From NCBI RefSeq assembly GCF_000372725.1, contig NW_005201984.1:62001-126000 (forward strand): a DNA stretch of 64,000 nt, in the 5' to 3' direction. The translations under genes were made by a program, and so were the position numbers. Below the pieces are notes generated by a model. The model did not search any database. It was given only the letters and a program-made list of their open reading frames with translations, and was not told the origin of the DNA. This document shows positions 40,720-52,192 of the stretch, one piece after another (position 1 is the stretch's first letter; each line of letters opens with the position of its first letter). The DNA comes from Emiliania huxleyi CCMP1516 (Eukaryota).

Positions 40720-41568
40720 CTAGAGATCATCAATTTTGTCGGCGCGGATCTCAATTGGCTCGCTGACCGTTGCCCCCGCGTACGTGCGCGTCAGGCGATA
40801 GAAATAGCAGCCATACAGACCGACGCCAACGGCGTCTGAGACGTCGTCCGGGAGCTTGATCTTGCGGTTCGCCTGCGACCGCATGTGGTCCGACCCGAGG
40901 GGCCGGCCGAGGATCGCCTCCACACGGTCCCTCACGGCGGACTTGCTAGCCCCCTCGCCGTCCTTGATCATGAGCCCTTGCCCCGCGGCCTTCCAGGATA
41001 CGGGCAGCCACGAGTGCACAATCTCGGGAGGGTGAGGGACGGAGCTGGCAAACTCCTTGATCACGCCGCGGACCTCGTGATTAACCTCGTAGCCTTGGCC
41101 GCGCGTGCCGCTCATCGGCGCGCCGGCTCGAGCCGGCGCGCCGTCGCGGCCCCGCTTCACGCCGCCGGCACTGAGCTTGCCGGGCTGCTTGTCGCCGCGA
41201 TCGTTGTACCCCTCCAGGAAGACGCGCCGCGGCGAGCCCTTAAACACCTGCGGGAGTGCGCGCCGCAGCGCTCCGAGCCTCGAGGCGCCGACGAGCTCCT
41301 TGTCCTTTTTGGGTCCCTTGATGAACTGAGTGGTGGTGTTGTCGACGTGCGCGAGGTTGACCCAGCCGATCTCGAGCCGCGGCGTTTCCCCCCCGTAGCA
41401 CCGCGCGAACCCCAGCCTCTCGGTCCCGGGGTCGATCGAAAGCCAGTCATAGTCGTGCGGAGTCTCCTCTCGCGAGTCGGCGTCTCGGGGGAGGTGGAGT
41501 CGGCGGCGGCAGCGTACGCGGTCGCAGCTGGCAGCGGAGAGGAGGAGGAGGGAGAGCGTGTCGCGAGG
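40720..41568 (-). CDS. RuvC-type Holliday junction resolvase (open frame; 5' end spliced or frameshifted)
   Basis: Extending ORF 40720-41247 upstream gives WLSIDPGTERLGFA...RVFLEG...SWK..GEGASKSAVRDRVEAILG...DDVSDAVGVGL, i.e. the D-E-DxxD RuvC catalytic set. Confidence 0.7.
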   Translation of the reverse strand, partial: PRDTLSLLLLSAASCDRVRCRRRLHLPRDADSREETPHDYDWLSIDPGTERLGFARCYGGETPRLEIGWVNLAHVDNTTTQFIKGPKKDKELVGASRLGALRRALPQVFKGSPRRVFLEGYNDRGDKQPGKLSAGGVKRGRDGAPARAGAPMSGTRGQGYEVNHEVRGVIKEFASSVPHPPEIVHSWLPVSWKAAGQGLMIKDGEGASKSAVRDRVEAILGRPLGSDHMRSQANRKIKLPDDVSDAVGVGLYGCYFYRLTRTYAGATVSEPIEIRADKIDDL

Positions 41569-42712
41569 CTAGACTCGAGAGCCGCAGGGGGGGAGAGAGA
41601 GGCGCCGCGACGCATCCCCGCCTCACACTCCTCGTCCCAGAACGTCAAGAGGGCCTTCTCCGCGTCCTTTGACAGAGAGATTGACAGACAGAGATTCTTG
41701 TATGCTCTCTCGACGAAGTTCCAGTCCTTGCTGATGTTGTAGAGCTCCTGTACCGCGGCGATACTGTCAATCTGTCTGTCATCCGAGACGCGAGAGTCGA
41801 GATGCCTTGCTTGCTTGTCCCCAGAAGGATGTCGCGTTGATTATGACCGCAGCGAATATGTTCACACCCGAGCGGAGGCCAATTGATTCGCGAGGCTCTG
41901 GCAAAAGTGCGGTTGGCAACGGGCTCTTGTCCGTGCAAGCCTTCAGCTGGTGCCAAAACGTACCAAAACGTCCTCTCCGCGACCAAATACGCGGTCGTCG
42001 GTAGAAATGGCTTGCTTGCAAGAATGGGATGCCGACAGGCGTCAGGCGGCGCATGCCGAGAAGTCGCTTGCCGTGCGGGAGCTCGTGCGCCTCTCCCTGC
42101 GCGTGCAGTCCACGGGCGTCGTCGCGGAGCTTCATCTCGACACGGCACTGGTTGCTACGAGCGGCAGCGGAGCTGATCACGAGCGACGAATTCGCAGGGG
42201 ATGCCAGGCAACAGATGGGCGCGCAGACAATTGGCGTGGCGTCCTAAACAACGCACGAGCATGCTCAACTGCTGCGCGACGCTCTCTGCGACCCCGACTT
42301 TCTTTATGCGCTTTGCCATTCGCCGCCGCATTTCCTAAAGCGACACTAGCACTAGATGCGTCCTGGCATCGGGAGGGTCCGCCTAAGAGGAAGTATGCAT
42401 GTACTTTGTGCGTGGAGTGTCTTCCCCTTTTGCGCAGCAATACCTTAAACTTTTAGGCCCTCCAAATTCGGGTCGGAGCGTAGCGGAGTGGGCCCCGAGT
42501 TTGAAAAAGGCGACGGACGCTTGCGTCCTAGCTCCAACACACGTTCTCCCATCCCTCCCTTGGGTTGTGTGTTTTCTTTCTTTTTTCCAACATCGCCTCC
42601 CCGGCGCAGAGGGGCCCCCGGAGGGATGCACAACCGCTCCACGCCACGCCGCTCGCGGCGCTCGTTTTTCGGTTTCTTCCCTCACACGTTGTCTCCGAGA
42701 ACCGGCACAGCC

Positions 42713-43518
42713 ATGGCATGCTTCCTGCTATCTGCGGTGGGCGTGGCGTTCGGCGGTCAGAGCCTCCGCCGGCCCGAACGCTGCAGTTTGCCCGCACGGT
42801 CGCTCCTCGGCCGCACCGCAGCAGTCTCGCGCCGCGAATCCCTGCAGCTGGGCGCGGGTTTATCCGCTACATTCCTCGCGCCACTGGCCGCGCCGCGGGC
42901 CGCCTTCGCTGCCGCACAGGACCCGAACGATCTTAGCCGCCTAAAGAAAGGGCTCGACTCTGTGCAGTTCCTGCTCGATAACTGGGACCGCGAGACGGTG
43001 GACCCAAACTCGGGCGCCGACAGCCCCGACCGCGTGCGCTTCTTTCTCGGCCTGCGGACGACGGACCACCCGCTCTTCCAGGTCGACAAGTTGCTGATCA
43101 AGGCGCAGAAATCGCTGCCCGACGACGTCGACTTTGAGACGTGGATCGACTCAGTCGAAGGCCTCAACTCACACATTGCAAAGATCAATGAGGCGCCGGC
43201 TGGCCCATCCACCTGTACCTGTCCCGCCTGTGCCGCTGGCATGTGGCGTTCACGATACACCCGTGTGCCGGATGGCGGCAGGAGCCTCACTGGGCGCCAC
43301 CCAGACGCTCCCTAGCCGTCGCTCTCGCCGCCCTCCTCCTCCCTGCTTGACCCGCCTTCCCTTCCCCGCCCTCGCAGCTGGCATACACGTCGTCGTTTGG
43401 CGAGTACAACCCCGGCGGCGGCAAGGAGCAGGTGCGCAAGTACCTGCTGCTCGCGAAGGAGGAGGTGGTGCAGGCACGCGACTCGCTCCAGACGATGGTG
43501 ACGCTGCTGAAGCTCTGA
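42713..43518 (+). CDS. Probable plastid thylakoid-lumen protein of unknown function, 2 exons
   Basis: Signal peptide, twin-arginine SRRESL with AxA site; VRFFLGLRTTDHPLF, AYTSSFGEYNPGGGK. Confidence 0.7.
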
Positions 43519-44185
43519 CCTCCGGCGGCGAGACGCCGTGACCTAGGGCGTGCGGGCGCCGGAGACTCAGCGTCAGAGACTCTGTGGCCTCGTCTCGGGC
43601 CAGGTCTGATCTCCCGCGATCTCATCTGGGCGCCGGATTTGACTCCCGCGAGCCCCCGATGCCATGCATTTCGCCCCCATTCGGTCTCTCTCTCATGCCA
43701 GTCCGATGTCGCTGGACGCTGTCCGAGCGCGGCGGGCGCAGTTATTTAGGCCGGGCGTACTCTGTGAGCCGAAGTCGCGTATCTGTTTTGTTCATGTCAA
43801 GTGGTTGCTCATCTCGTCATCTGCTGCGAGCGGAAGCGCGGCGACGGACCGCGGCGCTGACGGGGTGCACTACAAAGCGCGGGCTATGACCTATGAAATA
43901 GCCTAGACATGTACATGTGTCATGTCTCTCGTCGGCGGCTCTTTCACCCGTCACCCGGGCCTCCGAGGAGGATGACCGAGCCCATATACCTCTCTCACAG
44001 CACCACCGCAAAAGAATTAATACGACCGGCATGCTTTCTTTTCGCCCGGTGTACCTGTGTTAGTGATTCCGGCTAATGCCGCCAGTCCCGTGCCCGTAGC
44101 GGCGGCGATAAAGAAGAGCGGTAAAATTCTTTTGCCGTGCGGGCAGCGAGGCGGTGGCGCGGTAGCGAGCGAGAGAGCACCATCT

Positions 44186-47100
44186 ATGCCACGCCAGGCC
44201 CCAAGCGGCTTTCAGCAGCTCGGTGACGATGGCACCGATTCCGAGTCCTGGCCGCAGAAGATGCAGCTGATGGAGCTCATGGATGAGCGCGAGTCGGGCG
44301 GCCTGCGGCTGCTCTCAGACCTCACAGGCGGTGGTGGCGCCGAGAAGCTCGCGTCGATGCTGGGATCAAGCGCCGGCTCGGGCCTCAGCGGCGAGGCGGC
44401 CGACCTTGATCACCGCAAGGTCCTCTTCGGCGCCAATGCTTTTCGCGAGAAGGTTTCCGGCCTAACACCCAGCTACCCACAGTGGCCGCGTGAAACGGCT
44501 GCAATCAGCTGTTTTTCGCGGTGCTTCCTAGGAGCCGAAGAGCTACCTCGAACTGGTGTGGGACGCGCTGCACGACGCCGTGCTCATCATGCTGCTCGTG
44601 CTGGCTGCGGTGCAGCTGCCGACGGAGTTGGTCTTTGGCAAGGACAAGAGCACCGCCTGGATCGAGCCCACCGCCCTCTTCCTCTCCGTCTTCATTATTG
44701 TAAACGTGTCCTCCGCGACCGACTACGTCAAGGAGCGGCAGTTCAAGTCTCTGGCCGCGAAGCTGAACCAGTCCAACAAGAAGGTCGTCGTGCGGCGGGG
44801 AGAGCAGACAGAGGTGACGGACGCCGAGATCGTCGTCGGAGACGTGCTCGCCTTCAACGCGCACAGCCTCGCCTCGCTGCCGTGTGACGGGGTCCTCCTC
44901 TCGGGCTCGGACGTCAAGGTGGACGAGTCCTCCCTCACTGGCGAGCCCGACCCGATGCCGAAGACCGCAGAGGCGCCCTTCTGCGTCTCCGGCACCGACG
45001 TGGTGAGCGGCTCCGGCCGGATGCTGGTTGTCGCGGTCGGGCCGTACTCGGTCTCTGGCAAGATCAAGATGGCGGTGTACCACGACGAGGAGGAGGACGA
45101 CGAGGCGTCGCCCCTGTTCGTCAAGCTCAACGGCATCGTCGAGGACGTCTTCAAGGTTGGCCTCGCCGCAGCCGTGTTTTGCTTCCTCGCTATGGTGGCG
45201 CTGGGCATCGTCTACCCCTCCTTCCGTGGCTGCGGCGAGGAGGGCTGCTGGGACTTCCTCGAGGTGGAGTGGCTCCATCTCATCGAGTACATGCTCACCG
45301 CCATCACCGTGCTCGCCGTCGCGGTGCCCGAGGGGCTGCCGCTCGCCGTCAACCTTGCACTGGCCTTCTCGTCGCAGCAGGCGCATCCACCTCTGCTCAT
45401 CTCGCGGCCCATCCCTCCGCTCATCTCGGCTCATCTCGGCCCACCCCCAACTCACCTTCAGCTGGCGCTCGCCTTCTCGTCGCGGGCAGATGATGGCGCA
45501 AAACAACCTCGTCAAGCACCTCGACGCGTGCGAGACGATGGGATCCGCCACGACCATCTGCTCAGACAAGCACCGGCACGGTAGATGAGCACACAACCGA
45601 GAGATGAGGCACACGCTCCTCCACAGCTCCCCCTCGGAGGCCGCGGCGTCCAGCGGGGTCGCTGTGCACTTGTGCGGCCCAGCCCCCCCTCTGGTCTCCT
45701 CCCGCTGGGAGCGCCACCGGACCATCGCGGCGATGGGGGGCGCGAAGCTAGAAGCGCTCAAGGAGGCACAAGACACAAAATTGATACCGTTCAGCACCCG
45801 CGACCTAGGACCGGCACGCTGACCGCCAACCGGATGAGCGTCCGAGCTGTCCGCGTCGGAGGCGTCACCTACTCGGCCGCCGGCGACTCGAAGCGCTCGC
45901 TCGGCCGGCAGCTGGTCGAGCTGCTGCCGGAGAAGCTCGCGCACCTGCTGGCGCACCTCATCTGCGTGGACACGATGGATGAGGTGCCTCGCCTCCCCCT
46001 TCAGACACATCGAAACGGCTGCCGGCGCCCGCGACACCTTTCCTGACGCCCCCCCCCCCCCCCCCCCTCCCCCTGACCCCGCCCCTCGCGCGCCCGCCAG
46101 TCCTTCCTCGAGGTGAACGAGGCCACCGGCGCCACCGGCTTCAAGGCCGCCCTTCTCCTTCCCGCCCCCGACCCTCCGCCCGGCCCTTCTTGCCCACCCC
46201 AGCCGCCGGCGCAACCGCAGGGGAACCCCACAGAGTGCGCGCTGCTCTCTCTCGTTGCGGAGATGGGGTACGATTACGCGGCGCTGCGCCACGACACGCC
46301 AGGCCGCTCCCTCGCCACCGCCGCGCGGGGCAAGCCTCCTCTTCCGTAGCTGCGCGCCCGCTGTCAAGAGCGCCTCTTCACAGCGGGGACGCGCGCGTAG
46401 GCAAGCCCTTCATGTTCTCGTCCAAGCGCAAGATGATGAGCTGGGCGGTGCCGCTGCCGCGAGGCGGCTACCGCGTCTACTGCAAGGGCGCGAGCGAGAT
46501 CGTCATCGCGCGCTGCGACGCGATGCTCTCGGCGAGCGGCGAGGCGGCGCCGCTGTCCGACGCCAAGCGGCAGCAGCTGATGGAGACTGTGGTGCGCCCC
46601 TTTGCGGGCGAGGCGTACCGCACCATCGCGCTCGCATATCGCGACTTGCCCGGCGTCAAGTCCGCCTCGTCCAAGGAGCTCGAGGCGACCCACTCCACGA
46701 TGACAAACGCGGACGGCTCCGCGGCTTACGTCGCGGAGACCGGCCTCACGCTGCTCGCCCTCACCGGCATCGCTGACCCGTTGCGCCCCGAGGTGCCTGG
46801 GGCCATCGAGCGGTGCAATCGCGCAGGCGCCGACGCGCTGCGGTTGCGACGGCGCAGCGTCCCCACGCCACGTCCACGAGAGGTCCAAGACGTGTCCCCT
46901 AGGCATCGACGTGAGGATGGTCACGGGCGACAACCTCGACACCGCCGTCGCGATCGCAAAGAACTGCGGCATCTTGCGGCCGCAGGCCCTCGCGCTGGAC
47001 GCGTCCGTGAGCGCCCCGCGACGCGTCCATGACACGTCCCACTCCCCGCGAGTGCTCAGGACCTCGAGCCTGACCCGGCGCACGCGGCTGGCGAGCGGCC

Positions 47101-48740
47101 CAAGCCCAAGCGCGCGCTCGAGGGCCGCGAGTTTCGCGCGCTCGTGCACCGGACGCACGCCGACGGCAGCCTCGCCCTCGATGAGGAGGGCAAGCCCGAG
47201 TTTCTGCAGACGCAGTTCGATAAGGTGTGGCCGTACTTGCGCGTGCTCGCGCGCTCGTCGCCCGCCGACAAGCTCACGCTCGCGAACGGGCTCAACAAGT
47301 CGACGGTGTTCGCCGACGCGCAGCAAGTGGAGGAGCTGCGCCGGGAGGGAATCGTCGTTTTCCCCGACAGGCAGGTGGTCGCCATGACGGGCGACGGCAC
47401 CAACGACGCGCCGGCGCTAAAGCGCGCCGACGTCGGCTTCGCCATGGGGGTTGCCGGAACGCAGATAGCAAAGGACGCGTGCGATATCGTCCTGCTGGAC
47501 GACAATTTTGCCTCGATTGTAGTCGCCGCAAAGTGGGGCCGCAACGTCTACGCGAGCATCTCCAAATTTCTTCAGTTCCAGCTGACGGTCAACATTGTCG
47601 CCGTCTCGCTCGCGATCATCGGCTCCATCGTCTTTCAGGAGTCGCCCATCGCGGCGGTGCAGATGCTCTGGGTGCCGATGCTCTGGGCGGAGCAACTCCT
47701 CGCGTGGCAGGGTAGGCACGGGCGTGTCGCGGTTGCTCTAGGTGAACCTCATCATGGACTCGCTCGCCTCGCTCGCCCTGTCGACCGAGCCGCCCTCGGA
47801 GGAGCTGCTCGCGCGCCCGCCCGTCAACCGGTCCACCTCGATCGTGACACGGCAGATGTGGATCAACATGCTCGGCCAGGCGCACCAGCTCGGGACATCT
47901 CGGCTGCATGGCTCGGCTACTCGGCTCGGCTAGAAAGTTCGGGCTGCATCCGCGCTTGCAGGCCGCCTACCAGCTGGGCGTGACCCTCTTCGTCCTCTTC
48001 CACGGCGCCGACCACCGACGGACCTCACAGCTGTGAAGAGCCGCTGCTCACGCCGTTGGCTTGCGGGGTAGGCGCCGAGCACTTTCACGTCCTCGACGGG
48101 CACGACGTCGACGACTCGAAGCCGTCGGTGCACTACACCATCCTGTTCAACGCCTTTGTGCTGATGACGCTCTGCAACGAGGTCAACTGCCGCAAGCTTG
48201 AAGGCGAGTTCAACGTGTTTGCGGGCGTCTGCTCGAACGCGTGGTTCGTCGGCGTCCTCCTCGGCACGCTCGTGCTACAGGTGCTCGTGCAAGAGAGAGA
48301 GCCGAGACACTCTATGGTCCTACTACCCTATCTCCTCCATACCTCTCGCCACACTCTCCCTGCAGGTGCTTGCTGTCCAATTCGGTGGCCGCGCGCTCCG
48401 CTGCGCGGAGGGAGGGCTCACCACGCACCAGTGGCTCTTTTGCGTCGGTGCCGGCCTCTTCTCGCTGGTGTGGCAGCAGGCGCTGAACTGCTACTCGCTT
48501 CTTTCGCGCCGAGTGGACGCGCGGCGCAAGCGGATTAAGAAGAAACCGGCGCACGGCGGCGCGGTCAAGTTCATGTCGCGTACCGGCAACGGCTTTCAGG
48601 AGTTTCGACGGAGTAACCCCTACCTGGGCAAGAGCCTCAGCACGCTCAGATTTTCTCCAAGCTCGAAGACCGCGCCAGACTTAATAAGCGCAGTCGCGGG
48701 CACAGGGCCGGTAGCAGTGTCGCGGCCCTCTTCTTACTGA
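44186..48740 (+). CDS. P-type IIB (PMCA-like) Ca2+-transporting ATPase, many introns
   Basis: [80 protein letters not shown]. Confidence 0.95.
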
Positions 48741-49199
48741 GTTGGCAGGCTCTTCCCGCGCCTAAGCGGTCTTGCTGTCGCGCGTGGCGGCCTGGCGCCG
48801 GCCGCCGCCGCCGGGGGGATGCGGGGGATGGCGCAGGGCATGCGCGTGTGTGGTCGCGTGAGGAGCGCAGGCCTGCGCGGTGCGCTCTCTGACACTCTCG
48901 CGACCCGGGTCTCACGGGTCACGCGAAGTCACACGGCGCCGCGCGCAGCTGCGCGCCGCGCGCTCTGAATATACAAAGCGCTCTGAATATACAAACAACA
49001 AAGCGCTCCGGACCGATCCATTGCTACCGCGTTAAGAAAAGAAGTTCTGGTCCCACAAACGCAACACACACACATGACGTGTGTAAATAGCATAAAGAAG
49101 CCCCACATGGTGTGTATATGAGGAGACAGGCCCATCCACCTCGCGTGGCGTCTCAGCTCTCGCGGCGGCTTGCATCCTCCTGGTCGCTGGCCGCAGCCC

Positions 49200-52124
49200 A
49201 CGGTATTTTGGCGAATGCGCGCCATGACGGGGGGGCTCGGACGGGCCCACTCGTTCCGCCAGAGAGCCTTGCGGTCGGTGCGGAGGTGCCCGGCGGCAGC
49301 GCAAAGCCGAGGGACTGGAGGCGCCGCCGCAGTGGTCTCGGCGCGGGAGCTCACGGCGTGGAAGTCGGCTTGTGCGGGAACTCGTGTGAGCTCGGCGGCA
49401 CCTACGCGCACCTCCCCTCACGCATCCCGGACGTCTTCCGAGCACGCCTCGGCGGGTGCGGCCCGGCGGCGCCAGCAGCTGGGTCGGGTTGATTGCGACC
49501 GGCAGCAGGATGTACGGGAAGGCGAAGTTGAGGGCAGCGAGCAAGAAGACGTACACCCCGTCCGAAGCGGCGAGCTGCTCGAGGGCACCAGCCGCCTACG
49601 CGGAGGCTCTGAGAGGGTCCCGAGAAGGGTCCAAGAAGCAGCTGCTCGAGGAGACCCGCCGCCTTGAAGTCAGTCACCTCCTCTCGGCCCAACGCCTTCA
49701 AGGCCTCGGCCTGCGGAGGGGGGGGGGGGGGTGGACCGGGGTTGACCGCGCGCTACGTGCGCTCCTCGGCGTCAGCGGAGGGGCGACGCGGCCCGCTCTG
49801 CGCTGGGTGGCGGCAGCTGGGTGGCGGCAAGACACGCATTCGCGGCCATGGCGGCCTCCTCGGAAGGGTACAGCCAGCTGCGCAGTGTCCGCCTCTATCG
49901 GGCTCGGCCTTGGCGCGCGGGAGCATCTCAAAGGCGACGACGAGCAGCGCCGCGCCGACCGCCGTCCGCCGTCCCACGGCGGAGGAGAGCTCGCGGCAGA
50001 CAGATGGCGTCACGTCCTGCGGAGGGGAAGGGGGCGGGCGTCGCAAGGCGAGAGGGGGAGCGAGACGGTCCTGCCAGCTTGCGGCGACGGCGTCGCGGCG
50101 TTGTGTGTGGGTTGGGCATCCTCCGGCGCGTCTCTCGGCCGTGCGCGGAGCGAACGGCGGGGTCTCTGCGCCCCTCTGTCGGGAGGAGACCGCCTGCCAG
50201 TAGCCGCGGAGGTAGCCGCGGCCGGCGCCGTAGACGAAGCCGAGCGCGGCGGCGGAAGCGACGTGCATCAGCGGAGCGACGCGCTCGAGCAACGTGCCTG
50301 CGCGCGGGGCGGCGGTGGACGTGTCGCGGCCGAGCCGTCACGCGCGCGCGTCGCGCCCCTGCTGCGCGCCTCGCAGCCCGAGCGGCTCGTCGAGCGGCGT
50401 GCGGATCGTCGACTGCATCGCGCCCGCCTGCAGGATCTGGCGCGCCGACTGCACAGCGGCGAGCTGCTCGCGCTGCTCCCGCCGCGCAACCTCCACCTCG
50501 GTCTCGCCGCGCAGGACTCCGGTCGCCTGCTCGCGGGGGGGAGGTGTCTGTCAAAGAGGCGCCGCGCGAGGCTCGGCCTCTCGCACCCGCCGCGCGTCTC
50601 GCCTGCCACAGGTTCTTGCGGCCCGAGCCCGCCCCTGCGGCGCGCACCTCCCGCCCCAGCCGCGCCTCGAGCTCGGTCGCAGTGGAGAGGAGAGCCTGCG
50701 CGCGGCTGGGCGGCACCTCGGCGGCACCTCGGCGGCGGGCGGCGGCGAAGGGGCGCAGCGCGAGTCCCTCTTCGCCCTCCCGGATCTCCCGGGCGGCGGG
50801 AGAGCCCACCCAAGCGTGCTCCGCTCAAGCGTGCCTCTCCCATGGAGTGCCTCTCCGGGCCGGCGGTGGCAAGGGAGGGGTGTGGCGAGGGAGAGGTCTC
50901 TCGGGCCGCGTCTCGTGCATCTCAACCGCATCTCGAGCCGCATCTCGGCGGCGTCTCGGGCCGCGCCTCACGCTGCTCTCCGAACCGGTCGAGCAGCCTC
51001 GCCGCCAGCTCGGTCGTCACGAGGTTTGCGAGGTTCGACAGGGAGACGCCCTCCGCGAGGCCCGCCGCGTTGCCGACGCCGCCTCCGGCGAGCATCTCGG
51101 CGGGGTGGCTCATCCACAAGTGGGCGACGCCCTCCGCGCCGTAGGTGGTGTACAGCTGCGGCGGCCCGGCCGGCATCATCCACAAGAAGTCGCCTGTCGG
51201 CACGTTCCGCGAAGGTTCAGCGATGGGTCGCTGCGCGTGGCGCGTGCGGCGTCCTGCAGGGCAGGTCGCCGATCGGAAGGCCCTGGCTGCGCAGCTCGGG
51301 ATCGGCAGCCACCTTGGACACGGGCAACGCGCGGGTCAGCGCGTCGCAACCACCCTCTCTCGGCCCCTCTCGGGGTCGTCTCCGATTCGCGTCTCGGTCG
51401 TGTCTCGTACCTTTGACGCGATGACGCACGCGTTGGTCAGCGTCTCGTCGTGCTGCTCCCGCGGCAAAGTCTTGTAGATGGCGACGATCTCGCGGATGCG
51501 GGCCAGCGCGCCTGCGGTCACGCAGTCATGCTCCCGGGGTGGGAGGCCGCAGATGCGAGGCCGCCGGCGAAGGAGGCGCGCCCGTCTCTGCGATGGCGCG
51601 CACAAACGGCGCAGAGTGCTCGGCAGGCGCGGCGAGGATGCAGAGCGCGGTGGTGGCCTTGATGTCGTCGTTGAGCGCGGTCGTGCAGAGGAACTTCATG
51701 TCGCTCGTCGTCGCAAACTTGGCCGCCACCGAGTCGAAGAGCATCGCGACCGTACCCGCGACCCACGGCCACGCGAGGCAGAAGAACTGCTTGGGCGTCG
51801 GCCACGCATTCGGGTCGGGGTTGGGGTCGATGTTTGAGCTATCCACCAGCGCCTTGATCTTGCCCTCCTCCGCCATGTACCAGCCGCCCGCCCACACGCC
51901 GCAGGCCACCAGAGGAGCGATGACGTCCCTCCGTGGCAGCGCCTGCCGGGCGAGAGAGTGCCGGGCAAGAGAGGTTCAGCCGAGGGGAGCAGCGCAAGGG
52001 CGGGACGCGGCGGCGGCACCTCTTCGTAGCCGTCTGTCCGACCGCCGCTCTGCCAGCGGCGCCCGCCGCGCGTCAGCGTGAGCCGACGCGCGCTGTGTCG
52101 AGCTGCCGCTCGCCACCGATGCAT
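49200..52124 (-). CDS. Multi-exon hypothetical membrane protein, possibly mitochondrial
   Basis: Arg-rich presequence-like start, then coding-like exons (GGWYMAEEG, AGALARIREIVAIYK, AAALGFVYGAGRGYLRG, FLLAALNFAFPYIL); boundaries approximate. Confidence 0.4.
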
Positions 52125-52192
52125 TTGTGGTGGGTGCGCAAGGCGCTTGTTTTTTTTTCGTCACGAAGAAGGATAAACCTCCAATATTCGAA

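Noticed and set aside
40720..41568. TnpB/Fanzor RNA-guided nuclease
   Set aside because: No zinc finger or RDxNAAxN motif; DDxxDA and the AxK helix fit a resolvase-type RuvC
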